A stretch of DNA of 64,000 bases from Enoplolaimus lenunculus (Eukaryota), in the NCBI GenBank assembly GCA_030248215.1, contig JASANG010001649.1, positions 1 through 64,000 on the forward strand, read 5' to 3'. The notes under the pieces were generated by a model. The model was not told the DNA's origin, searched no databases, and saw nothing but the letters and a program-made list of their open reading frames with translations. Of the stretch, positions 1-12,323 are shown piece after piece (within the stretch, counting starts at the first letter, position 1; every line of letters begins with the position of its first letter). Both the position numbers and the translations under genes were made by a program.

Positions 1-204
1 TACAGACGATTTTAGTTCAATACTCGATCACATGATTTTCTTGTTTTGTGTAATAGTTAGAATTTTCTAAAATCATGAGGCTCAGTTTACATTTGACAAG
101 GACAGTATTTTAACTAAGACAGTAAACAAACACCACTTGAGCGTGGGCACAGTCAGCCAAATGTCAGTGGTAAGAAGGCAACAACACAAAGACAAACTTT
201 AGTA

Positions 205-430
205 CTGTCAATCTAGGAAGGAACCGGGACGTCAGACCTTTTACCTAAACAACTGGAAAAGCGGTTCTCTCAGAACAGCGATCAAACTCACTCAGCCTGC
301 GGATTACGAGGCAGACGCTCTACCGTTGCGCCACGTAGCCCGCCAGTGCAACTGCTTTGCTTTTATCGTCGACTATATGTCGACCGTATTGCTGCTGGCA
401 TGCATACTACATGGTGTGCATTGCATATAG
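205..430 (-). mobile_element. tRNA-related dispersed repeat (same family as 7072-7281)
   Basis: Reverse complement reads GGGCTACGTGGCGCAACGGTAGAGCG...GGCTGAG...CCGCTTTTCCAGTTG. A partial second 3' body lies at ~450-500. Confidence 0.7.
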
Positions 431-509
431 TGCATAAGTCTTCTAAGTATGAACCGGGACTGCAGCCCTTTTAACTAACCAGCTGGAAAAGCGGGCCTCC
501 AAAGCAGGG

Positions 510-1520
510 ATTGGCTCATGGAAACTAACATCATGCTATACAAATACCGACCACGCTCAAAAGCTAAGTAACTGCAATATCCTTAATGAAGGCAATGAGA
601 CTGCCAGCCGACAACCCCAGACGGATAGCGGCTAAAAACAACGTGCCTGATCGAGTTGTGCGTGGTAATTCGAGAGGCAGTGCCAAGAAAACCCTTGCAG
701 GGACAGATCTAGTAGCAGCTGTCGTGCACAGTTGAGACGGTCTTTTGCTACAGCGCTGGACAAGATTATCGAAATCCAACAGGACGCTAAAGTGGCCGTG
801 GGAGGACGTATCAACCTATTTACAGATTCAAGATCAGCAATTCAGGAGCTTGCCGCTGGACGAACGCACCAACAGCAGGTGACCAGGGACATCTGGAAAA
901 AGCTAGATGTTATCTCCTGTGCGGGAAACAACGAAGTGACATTCCAATGGATCCCTAGCCACTGCGGAGTCCCGGGCAATGAAGCCGCAGACGCTATTGC
1001 TAAAAAAGCAACGTTGTTGGTGCAGATAGAAACCCCGATAGACTTTTCGGCTGCGAAGGCCACCATAAAAACATATCAATGATAAATGGAACAACGGCGA
1101 TGAGGTCCGGAAGGCAAGATCAAAAGTAGCCGGAGCAAAGTACGCGGAGCGAAAACCCCAGCTGGAACTATCCAAGAGAGAAGAAACGATGCTCAACAGG
1201 CTACGATGCGGTGGTTATACACCGGAGCTGGCCCGGTACCGCAAGTGGATCACAAGAAGGAAACCAGAGCATGAAAGCTCACTCTGTAAAAAATGCAACA
1301 CCGGTGAAGACAAATCGCTGGAATACTTGATGAAGAGCTGACCGGCGTACGATAATGCCCCAGTACGAAATTTCGGAACAGAAGATCCGATGCACTATGC
1401 GCCCTCGACGACTGTACATTATTTGCATGATGTCAGATTCCTCCGCGGGAGATCGGGTGGAACCGTCCGTTTACGACCTGGAGGTCGGAACGATTGGAAC
1501 TCACAACACAACAACACAAC
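510..1520 (+). mobile_element. Decayed 3' part of a non-LTR retrotransposon (LINE with RNase H and CCHC knuckle)
   Basis: ORF 732-1082 has the non-LTR RNase H motifs FTDSRSAI, FQWIPSHCGVPGNEAADAIAK. After a frameshift come LSKREETMLNRLRCG and CKKCNTGEDKSLEYLM (degenerate CCHC). The element ends in a (CAA/CAACA)n tail at 1503-1520. Confidence 0.85.
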
Positions 1521-1668
1521 TCTCAGCCTGCGGATACCGAGACAGACACTCTACCATTAAGCCACGTAGTCCGCCTGTCCAACTCTTAAGTCGTCGACTA
1601 TCTGCCGACCGTTTGCTGCGGCAAGCATGCAACATGGTGTGCATAGTATTTATTTATTATTGCATATA
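1521..1668 (-). mobile_element. Truncated copy of the tRNA-related repeat, abutting the LINE tail
   Basis: CTCAGCCTGCGGATA...CTCTACC...GCCACGTAG.CCGCC...GTCGACTAT...ATGGTGTGCA is shared with 291-430. Confidence 0.65.
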
Positions 1669-2449
1669 CCCCGCTTCAGATTCGCCGAAACCGATGGTGT
1701 CGTATCTAAAACGTTATTTGTTAATATTTTGTCTTTCCACATGGTGACCAGCGACCACGATGGTCTCCACAGTGCCTACCCACCCACGGCTTAATTGAAG
1801 CGAAATGGACGTAGTTTCAGTTTTCGTTTTTTGGCTTGTGAAAAAACTCTGTGCAAGTCGGTGATTGGTCAGAATCGAGAAGAAAAACTCGAATTTTTTG
1901 ATTGGACGGCGTGTTATTCGGTAATTGATTCTGAATGGTTGATTTTACACAGAGAATCTTACCGTATGTTGATCAAAGGGGCCGCTCGACACAACAGGCG
2001 CCAGACGCATATTTTCGCAGGATAAATGTTTTAACCTTTCGTGCGAGTTTGACCTACATTTTCGGAAAATTTATTTGGTGATATCGAAATTGTATTGTAA
2101 TATCGTTTAGTTTCATTGTTATAATAACCTGTAGTTGTATTGGCAATCAAATTGTTATTTTCAAAGCGATTTTGTTTAAAGTTTTTCAAAAAGTTTTCAA
2201 GTAGGTATATAACTTTTGTTGGTAAGTTTGAAACCTCAGGTAAGTATGGGACTCAAACGGACGCCGATAAAAAGATAGCCGGAATGGTCAGTGGCAGGGC
2301 CAACCCATCATCTGGCAGTAAGGACACTCAAAAGAAAGGGACGACATCGACAGCGTCGCTGGTTCAGAATTTGCCGCAGATGGTTACGTTAAGTCAAGTC
2401 CATGATCAAGCGTTGCAATGTTTACCTACCACCGAACGGTCGACTTGCA

Positions 2450-3800
2450 TAAGCAATGAGAGTAAGAAGAAATGGTAACGTGGTGGACGAAAAAACACAG
2501 GGGGCGGGCAAAGCCCCATTCAACGTCAGCCGAGATCTGGGTAGAGCCCCATGCAATGTGTGTCGTGGATGGGATAATGCCTCTATTATCGCCGATCGGG
2601 GACGTGGTGTCTCATGTTGCGACACTCGACAGCAGTGTAATACCGCGTTTATTGCCCATTACAGTTGAGTCAACGTCATGTGGCGGTCGGTGAGAATATA
2701 CCACCAAGGACAACAGAGGTAGTGAATTGCGCAGCTGCAAAGGATACAACGACAGAAGCGGACGAGAAATTGCCGAGCTGGACAAAGTAGAGGTGATCCG
2801 ATAAATCACGTCAAAGAAAGATGTATAGGTTAATGTTGCGTGGTGATAGTAGCAGCATTAAATTGTCAGCTGTTCAAAGTAAGAATAAGTCGACTTGTGA
2901 GGAAAGAGTAGAGAAGTTCAACGAGCAATTGCGCGAAATTACCTGAGAGTGTCGGGTTCGATTGAGATGATCTTCAAGGGGAGCCATTGTTTCACGAACG
3001 CTGACACGAAATATGGGATAACGGTAATAGAATGCTTGGCTGTGGTGCGAACATTCGTGAAGCTCCATCCACATTTGTTGGGTAAACACACGACTGTGAT
3101 TACGGATCATTCACCGTTGGTTCAAATATTGAACAAGATAAGGCCGGCGGATTGATCATTTACCGTTGGTTCAGATATTGAACAAGATAAGGCCGGCGGA
3201 TGCTCTCACCCCGTGTTTGATGCGTTTTACCTTACGATTGCAAGAATTCGATTTCACTGTGCTGTATAAGCCAGACAAGATGCACGTCAACGCGGGTGCG
3301 ATGTCGGGCCCTCCGATCTTGCAGGATTCGGATCATGAGACGGCAACGCAATGTTGGATCGTTTAAAGTCACAGACTTCGAGGGAAAGCCTCTGGAGAGT
3401 CGCAAGCAAAAACGTAACGCTAAAGCAAAGGATATCGTCCATGAGAACGACGATGGGCGTGAGAAAGTCAATAGTTTGGACTGGAATAGTGATCAAGTCA
3501 CGCAGGACAATCAAACGCAAGCAAGCGAGCAGTTGGAAACGGACAATGGTCCGAATAAAAATCGAGTAGTTGAAGAGCTATTCGTTTTCGATTGTTCGTG
3601 GCAATTAGACGAATTACGTATGTGGCCGGAACCGTTTCCAACGCCACACCAAACGGCGGAAAGCATCGTAAGGTTGATTCTAGGGGGTAAAACCGTCCCT
3701 GAACTCGGTGTAGCGTGTGTGATTTTGTCTGAATATGGACAGGTGTTTATCTCGGAGAAGTATAGTAATATTAAACCAGTCATTGTGAGACTACATGTGT
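2450..3800 (+). mobile_element. Decayed Ty3/gypsy LTR retrotransposon pol remnants (RT-RNase H, integrase core)
   Basis: 2949-3366 reads KYGITVIECLAVV..F..LHPHLLGKHTTVITDHSPL...LRLQEFDFTVLYKP.K.HVNA (Ty3/gypsy RNase H). About 3620-3790 reads WPEPFPTPHQTAESIV...LG...ILSEYGQVFIS (integrase core-like). Frameshifts, deletions and an internal ~48-bp tandem duplication at ~3106-3201. Confidence 0.8.
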
Positions 3801-3809
3801 TGAGCTAAG

Positions 3810-4752
3810 CTCGACCACACGTAAGCATTTAAGCTAATTTGCAAATTAGTTATTAGCTAACTATTCATTTATCGGTTTTGGAGGATTCTAAACAATCTAT
3901 TCAGATTCCTCGCACCCTAAAACCCATTATTGCTGAAATTAGGTTGCTTGCAACCCTAATAATTAGTGAAATATTGCAAACGCCTAATTTAGGCTTATCA
4001 ATTATGCTTATATACAAACTACCTATTAGCTAACTAACCAATTATCGATTTTAGACGTTCGTAAACAATTTATTCAGATTCCTCGCACCCAAAAACCTTC
4101 AATAAATCCTAATAATTATTGAAATAATTTAAAAAGTCCTAATTTTTCTTAATTAAGTTAATATGCAAATTAGCTATTAGCTAACTTTTTAATTATCGGT
4201 TTTAGAGGTTTGTAAACAATTTATTCAAATTCCTCCCACTTGAAAACTCTTTAGTGCTGAAATTATATTGCTTGTAATCTTACGTAATAAATAGTGAAAT
4301 ATTGTAAAAAGTCCTAATTAGGCTTATAACCTTTGCTAATACGCAAATTATCTATTAGCTAACTACTTAATTATCGGTTTTGGAGATTTGTAAACAGTCT
4401 ATGAAGATTCCTCGCACCCAAAAACCCTTTAAGGCTGATATTAGATTGCTTGTAACTGTAATAATTAGTGAAATAATGTAGAAAGTAGTAATTTAGGCTA
4501 CAGGTTAATTATGCAAATTAGCCTGTAGCTAATAAACGGCTTGAAATTTTAAAACCCCAATGCGAGGTTAACACCCCAGGGTAATTGGCTTTCAAACAAA
4601 AAAGCTTATCAAAATCGGTTCGGCCGTTCCTGAGATTCTTTTCGGACGGACAGACGGACGGAGAGACAGACAGACAGACGGACATCCACCTTTTGATCCT
4701 AGAGTACAAAACATAAAACGCTTCGCGAAACTCCGAGCTTCGCTCAAAAATC
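3810..4752 (+). mobile_element. Non-autonomous Helentron/DINE-1-like element with central ~150-180-bp tandem repeats
   Basis: About four degenerate tandem units (GCAAATTAG.TATTAGCTAACT...ATTCCTCGCACCC.AAAACC...AATTAGTGAAATA), then AAAATCGGTTCGGCCGTT, a (GACG/GACA)n microsatellite at 4644-4684 and a GAGC-TTC-GCTC hairpin near 4735-4745. Confidence 0.6.
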
Positions 4753-4949
4753 ATGAAAAGATGCTAATAAGTGCGTATTTAATGCTAATAATGTCAACAA
4801 CAGCTTTAATACCCTTCCTGCGTGCGACAACAACTGTAAATTTGCCCGCGATTATTTTGTTGCTCAACAACAGCAGCTATTGTTTGCGGTTCATTAATGG
4901 GTGAGGAATCGTCGTGTACTAAATTTTCCAGCAACTGGGTTGCGTCGCG

Positions 4950-6900
4950 GGCGTCCATTTGTCGTACGAGCGTATGCAGGAGCACGATCAGTACTACGAG
5001 GACTATTACGTGCGACATGTGACGGATGGGATGACAAATGATCGGATGAAGCGACCATTTTCAAATAGTTATCTTTCGTACGTTTCACGAAGTTGGTTAC
5101 CTGGCCGTCATCCGCTGGATCCGCGTACAAACAATCGGGCGCGAACCATACAAACTAGCACGACAGAAGGTGCCCACGTCTATCATCGAGATTCAAGCGT
5201 CTGGCCTACGATTGCCGCCCGAGTTGTACGAATTTTTTTGTGATCCAGGTTTCGTAAAAATCTGGTGGTGCCAGTCGGTGGACAAGATGACGTGAGTAGC
5301 GTCGTTCGGTTATGGTAATGGTGAAAGGATCAGCCCTTTCTCCACGATGAGACACGTTGGATCTACAGTTTATTCATGGCCATGAATGTGACTCTACAGT
5401 TGATTCATAGCCATGAATGCGACTCTACAGTTGATCCATGGCCATGAATGTGAGGAAAATCATTGTCTTCGAGGCGTAATGATTGAATACTTTAACCTTG
5501 CGGAGGCGTTGAGGCTAGCGTTAAGACAAACGGAGAAGCGCATGGTAGAAAAATTCATAGTATGGCGCAAGAGGCATCCGTGGGACAGCGGAAGCAGCCT
5601 CGGAGGAATTGGCATAAATAAAGGAACAGATGCGAGCGATGGCGGAATGGCAACAAAGAATAACCGATCGTAATATGGAAATACGAGTAATTTGATTCGT
5701 ATAATGTCGCTGGTGTGGATTTGTTGCCGGAATCTTCTGAGGAAGTAGCAATTGTTGACTGAGGTGAAGAAGAAGCAGAAACCACCAAGCAACAATCGCG
5801 CCAAAAACGGAAGGAACTGTCACGGTCTGCATTCCCAGTCACGACGGAGAAAGCCAAGTTGAATCGTCAATGCCATAAGCAGTACCGAAGGGGAGTGGCA
5901 GCCAAGCGAGGAAGCGGAGACGTCGATCCGCCTGCTAGATCTCGAAGTCGATCAAGGAATCCGATGTCAGGACGAGATGGCAGCCGTCAACGTCGAGAGA
6001 ACGCGGAACCGTTTTTGCCGTATTTTCTGTTGCTTAACGTGAATGTGTTACAGGAAGGCGAGCGTACGTGTTCGCTCTTCAAATATCGTTTACACGCTTA
6101 CTAGTTCGCTGTCAACGAGCGAGTTCGATTTCCGCATGGAATCTTGGCGGAGAAGGTGCTCAACGAAATATTAAAGGCATGGGGTATCAAATTTTTAAGC
6201 GTGATGCGGAATTGATGGGCGCATATGCAGGTGGATCAATTTTTGTAAATCTTGCGATACACTGAACAAGGAATACGGTACGATTTGTTCAATCGCGAAC
6301 CAGTTTACTCCGCAGCAGTGTGAAAACATCATATGGTTTTTGGTAATGCACTAACGTGACGTGGTGGCGCGCAAGACTACGTACCGCTAACTTATTTATT
6401 GATTTCGTGTGCATTGCTGATGGAGCAATACAACAATACGAAGGCGGAAGTCCTGCCACATTAGCAGATTTTCAAGAAAATATACAACATCAGACGTTAC
6501 TGGTACGAACGCGATGGGTTCCACAAGGCCAACATCGAATATATGTTGCTGGAAAGAGCGAAGCCGATTGCTCCAAAACTGCCGGGGATGTATAAAGAAT
6601 TGTCCATTTGGTCAGAGAACATGGCGGTAACCAAGAATAAGCAGTAGAGTGGTGAACGTTACGAAATCCAGTGGGGGGTGTCATCCGTGGACGAGTGTAC
6701 CGGAGAAACCGGGATCATCAGAGTACGAACACGAGATGAATTTGTTCGACGATTCGGCGAATTGGCCGTTCGAAGTAACTCGAGAATGGAATCGCGTGCG
6801 TAAGTTTCGTGAACAAATGTGGATAAGATGCACGAGTCTAGAAATGATCCGCATGGATGTCTTGGTATCGGTGACGTAGGTGACGTTTCTCGTAAAGTCA
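4950..6900 (+). pseudogene. Long decayed ORF of unknown function, probably an accessory ORF of a retroelement
   Basis: GC-richer block in which + strand ORF pieces (4959-5243, 5413-5673, 5859-6104, 6356-6595, 6649-6879) continue as protein-like sequence across isolated stops and frameshifts. No introns are evident and no domain is recognised. Confidence 0.4.
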
Positions 6901-7071
6901 CAAGCGTCGCTAGCACGAGTAGCATGGCGCAAGGATTAGTACGCGAACGTTAAGAAGAGCGATTTAGTAGACAACGGTCACGTCATGAGTCGCATGGAAG
7001 ACAGTGGACACGTGATCCCGGATATCACAACAGTTGTCGGGATTGTAAGCATGTGAGACATGCTTGTCCTA

Positions 7072-7281
7072 GTGCATATGCAATAAATGCAATGCACATT
7101 GTGTTGTACAATCGATGCATATAGTCGACGAAAAATGCAGTTGGAGAGGCGGGCTACGTGGCGCAGTTGTAGAGTGCTCGCTTAAGGATCCATAGGCTGA
7201 GAGTTCGATCCCCACTCTAGGCCGCTTTTCCAGCTGCTTAGTAAAAGGTCTAAAGTTCCGGTTCCTACCTAGACTGACAGG
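7072..7281 (+). mobile_element. tRNA-related dispersed repeat (SINE-like)
   Basis: GGGCTACGTGGCGCAGTTGTAG (A box) and GAGTTCGATCCC (B box), followed by CCGCTTTTCCAGCTG...AAAAGGTCT...CCGGTTCCT.CCTAGA.TGACAG. Homologous to copies at 205-430 and 1521-1668 on the minus strand. Confidence 0.7.
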
Positions 7282-9574
7282 GATGATGAAAGTCATGATG
7301 ATGATTATAGCCCTCTTTGAAGCTTCCTTCCTATATTTGGTATCCCAGATGCTTGGCGACGGCAACAAGTCATGGAAAGAACCATTTAAGACAAAAATTG
7401 TCGTCATAAAGAATGGAAATTGATGTACATACGTGTAAGTATATTGAAAGGAAAAAGACATTTCAAATGAAACACTTTGTGTCATATTTGTTTGATTTCC
7501 ATGTTAGTCAATTTTTGTGCCATCAGAGTCGGTCTTTCCGTTCAGCCGTGGTCTGAAATGTAGGTCACTTTCGGTAACTATTTTTTTGTAATAAAAATTA
7601 GTGTCAACCAGCACGAGAGTGTCATAACAAATATTAGCATTGTGTTTCTGGTTAAAGTTTTGAGTAAAGTCGGGAGTTACTTTCGGATCGGTCCCGCTTC
7701 AAATTCGCCATAACCGACGGTGTCATATCTAAAACCCCATTTGTCAGTAGTGTTATTCCACATTGACAAACACTGTTAGCAAAGCGATAGGCACTTACAA
7801 ACAGTTTTAAGGCCTATTCACACGTGCAAGTGTTTGCTGCGAGAACATGTAACTGCAAATTTCAGGAAAACTTGCATAAGTGAAGTTGCATTCTTGTTCA
7901 CACATGTGAACTCAATCCTAGCTATGAACTTTTTGAATTATTTGCACCTGTAAGTTTTTCGAACAGGATTTGCACAAAACTTGCAAATCGCAAGTTGCAG
8001 CTGTACACAAATTCTTTAACAGCTTGTGACGAACATATAACGACCAGATAAGTTCTATTTGTTTTTCTCCTAGCTAACTAGTTAATCTTGGCAATCATAT
8101 TGTATGTAATCAATTTTCATTCCGATGTTTAAATATGTAGTACTATAAAATACGGGAAACAGAAACAAAAAGTGGACTAAACAATAGAAACATAAAACAG
8201 CTGTTAAAACTGAATTATTAGAAAACGTTGCACTTCTCTGGCAAATCTCAATAAGTATGCAAATATTATTCTGAAAATTTTTTATAAAAAGAATATAAAT
8301 GCAAAAAAATTGCACGTTTCCTTATTCGCTTTATCTACGGCTTATGTTCCAGCAAATTGTTTTGACTTCTGTTTCTCGCACCGGCTGTGTAGTAAATGTA
8401 TCTCTTCACTTTATTTTACTTCGGTTATAGGAGTTTTTCAAACTGTTATGTTTTAATGATAGTATTAACTTACATCATAACTATTTAGCTAGTATTCTTT
8501 TTCAGCTTGTTTTTAACATCAGTTATAATACTTCAAACGAAAGGGATTAGTCGACTGTCGTTAGAACATACTGATAACTAATAAATGAAGCGGTCTGATT
8601 TCAGTTGCCTACGTGAAAACTTTCTTGACTTGTAAAGTAAATTGCGCTGCATATCTAAGACTTAGTTGGATTATCTTTGTGTTCATTAGCAACAAATAAA
8701 GACGGAGTTGTAAAGCTTACGGTTTCGAATTCCTCTAGGCACGGTTTAAATGCCTTTTCGCGATATATAACTTTGAATATTTGGTCCTGCTTGTAAGTTT
8801 GTTGTTTCAACCGCATGCTTCTCCTAAAATTGTGTTGGGCCTCCCAAGATGTTGAGCCGGGTACAGGCCTGAAGCTTGAGTTTAGGATCACTGATTAAGT
8901 GATGCATAAGGTTTTATTTAGCCTCCATGCATCCGCATTTTCTACAAAGTCGTCCCTTGACCACAAACTTAGGTTTTTCGTTGGGGCGCGGCAATTTGCC
9001 ATTTCACCATGACCCACAGATTCTCAGTCCAGTGCGCTACCACTGAGCCACGCCGCTTCACAATCAGGTGCTCAGGTTTCAGGGTTTTATGCCTTGTAGG
9101 AACCTCAGCATTTCACTCTTGTATCTTGGTTCTTTCATGTTATACTGATGCTGCGTATGAAGGCACTACTTTTGCCTCAGTGTTTAACCGATGTGCAGCT
9201 TCAGCACGAGGTTTTATTTCGCCTCCATGCATCTACACGTGACAAAATCCAAAACGTTAATTCTTTTGGTTGAAAACGATTCAATAGTAACCTGATAGCT
9301 ACAGTGCATAATTTAGGTAGTCATATTTATTCTTGCCAGAACTTCATCTGTGTAGTATGTGCAATGCGGGTATTTGTTCTCAAAATAAATTTTCAGTATG
9401 TGTTTTAAATTCTAATGAAATGGTATGCTAAATTTTGTTGGTGGCCGGTGCATGAGTTCAATGATTGCCGGTCTGACGAAAGGAGATAGTTATATAATTT
9501 GCATTGTTTAGATAATATTTATTATATTACGGACAGTCAAACCGATAAATATAACATTGAAACACTATTTTTAA

Positions 9575-9766
9575 ATGGCGAAGAGTAAAAATCACACAGA
9601 TCATAACCAACACCGGAAAAATCATCGAAATGGAATTCGTAAGCCGAAGCGGACTCGGTTTGTTTGTATGCGCGGTGTCGATGCAAAGTTTTTGAAAAAT
9701 TTGAAATTCGCCCGCAAACATAATCGTGTGGCAAAACGAAAAGAACTGAAACAAAGAACTGGTTAA
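9575..9766 (+). CDS. RPL29: 60S ribosomal protein L29 (eL29), intronless CDS, 63 aa
   Basis: [25 protein letters not shown]...[19 protein letters not shown] matches the eL29 signature. ORF intact from ATG to TAA. Confidence 0.95.
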   Translation: MAKSKNHTDHNQHRKNHRNGIRKPKRTRFVCMRGVDAKFLKNLKFARKHNRVAKRKELKQRTG

Positions 9767-10689
9767 TTGGGGTATTGTTTGGAATTTAAGTTTTTTCGTA
9801 AATATTGACTTGCAAAACGGCAAAAACCCGTTAAACTGCAATCATTAGGCCAGGTATGTGGGTTTAGTTGATAACCGTTCACAACTTCACATGCTATAAG
9901 TGTTGGTTCAGATTGAGTTAGAGATTATTGCATGTGTTTATGCGTATAAGTAACTACGTATTTGTCCGTTGCAATATTTAGATGCAAGCTGAAGCTTTGA
10001 TTAGTTAGGTTTAATGGATTGCAGTGTTACATTGAATATAGGGGAAATCAATAACGCTATTTAGTTGTAAGGAGCGTCGAATTAAATATTAAGTTTTTTG
10101 TACCTAAATATATTTGCAATATATACGTAGGACTTCAGAGTGAGTGTAAAGCTGATAGGTTTGAGTTTATATAGCGTAAATGCTTGCAGCATTATGTCAA
10201 GGTTTGCACAAAGTCATATATCGAATAATTTTATGTGAAATGTTATGTTTTTGTTGTACATGTTTCTAGTAAAAAACCTAACTTTGTGTTTAATATGAGC
10301 AGAGATAATTACTTGTGAGCTCAGCATAGAACAGATTATTTGGGTGCTTGTCATTTATTCTAAAAGGTGTTGTAAGTATGGTAAATTTAACAAAAGCACG
10401 CCGGGGAAGTTGACTGTGACTTTGGGTTGCTGATGCCGAACTGAATTTTATCACACTGCAACATAGGGAAAATGTAAACCTAGGTTAATGGATCCAGAGC
10501 TCAACCTCATTCCATTACATCTAAATTGGAATTGAATTCGTTATACTCCGAAATTTGCAAGAACAGGTCCCTTGTGGCAGGCTGAATTTTCCCCCTGGTC
10601 GAGCCCCCCCGGATAATTCGGCCGGGTGCATTTTCCCCATGAAATTTAATAGATGCTGCTATACAGGGAGCTATTTTCAGATATTTTGT

Positions 10690-10910
10690 GATGAGTGTTT
10701 ATTTTTTCGCACACCTGCGATATCTGTTCCACACTGTCATATTTTTACGCAGACATGCGATACCTGGGTTTAATTGTGATATGTTTTCGTCCGCAGACCT
10801 GCGACATCTGTTCCTGACGATGATATTTTTTCGCACAATTGCGACATTTGTTTCACACGATGATATTTTTTAGAACACTTGCGACATCTATTCAAATTGC
10901 GACACCTGGG
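10690..10910. repeat. Degenerate ~43-bp tandem repeat x ~5
   Basis: Recurring TTTTT.CGCA.AC.TGCGA.A.CTG. An inverted homologue lies at ~11380-11420. Confidence 0.6.
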
Positions 10911-12323
10911 TCTTTTAGTTCGTCCCAATAGTAAACTTGGTCAATCGCGTGATCATAATTTTTGAAAAACTACACAGTGTTTTAGAAACGAAATGTTGAT
11001 TCGGAAGAATGTTATCACGCTCTTCTGTACTCGCTCAATTCCGGAGCCTTTTCTTAAGCCTAACCGTAAATTTGAGGAAGTGTACAACAGCACTGAAATT
11101 TTCGGTTTCCCCCAAAATATCCACGTTTTCCATTTAAAGACCAATAGCTTAGTCTTTGAGTCATCGGGGAGATGAAAATTGCACCTGCCGAAGCGATTTA
11201 CCTTCCATTTTATAGAACCTTATACAAAACGATAAAAATCTTAGGCCATGTAAAACCTCCCTGCCGTCCTAAAATCCCACCATCCTATCGCAATAAATTG
11301 AGGTATGGTCGAAGGTGGGATTTCGGGATATGGTAGAAGGTGGGATTTTAGGATTTCGGGATATGGTAGGTGGGATTTTGCGAGCGCGAAATGTATCATC
11401 GTGAGGAACAGATGTCGCAGGCAAGGTACAACCGGAGGTCTGCATCCGGCAGAAAATCGGCCTCCGGCTCCGGTAGAATTTTTTCGGAGGTTCCGGCAAT
11501 TTCGGCAGTAAAATTTTGCGCAATTTTGCAAAATTTATATGTTTAGTGTGTTTTACTTTTGTAACAATTTTCATGAAAGAATTTCTGAACTTTCGCAGAA
11601 AATGCACAGCTAAGTATATAATATATAATATGTAATATATAAAAATATATATTTGGTACTGAGAATGTGGTGTAGTAGGGGCAGTGTTTCATTTTCTCGG
11701 AGGCAGGCGGCTGCAGCATCCCTGACCCCCATATGTATACTGAGAATGTGGTGCAGCAACGACAGTGTTTTCTTTTCTCCGTTGGGGGCGTTGCGGCACC
11801 CGCTGACCCCCGTAAAAGAAACGCTGAACTGAGCAGGATAACAATTGCAATAATGAATTGCTTAGTGTGGGGGGGGGGTTCGGGGGCCGACAGCTCTCCA
11901 TCCTGCTTAGGGACCCCTGAACTTGCGGGGGGACAGGGGGCGGCAGGCCCCCTGAGAATCCAATTAAAGAAATTTTTCTATGTGAAGGGGATTTCCTTGT
12001 TGTGGGCCCAGCGTCCCTCTGTTCCAACTGTCCTGCTGTCCAACTGTCCCGCTGTCTCAATTATATTTGTTGTGTGTACTCTTGGTACATTGCTGTTCAG
12101 GGAAACTGAGACGGCCTTTAGGGTAACATTGGCCCGAATACCTATGTTTGAAAGGCGTGGATTTTTCGCTTCGGAATGTAAATATTTGAATTGGCTCCAG
12201 AAGTTATATTGTAAGCGCCCAGGTATAAAACAAAAAATAAAACTGTTCTCACAAGTTTTCGTACTATCAGAGTTTTGCTATAGGTTTTACATATATATAC
12301 ACACTGTGATTTTGGTAAATATA

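Noticed and set aside
9008..9057. tRNA gene on the minus strand
   Set aside because: Only the 5' half (A box TGGCTCAGTGGTAGCGC) is present and there is no B box.
11733..12323. 220-aa ORF 11733-12395 as one coding exon
   Set aside because: Only its last ~21 codons resemble WDR6; the upstream part runs through G-rich repeat sequence.
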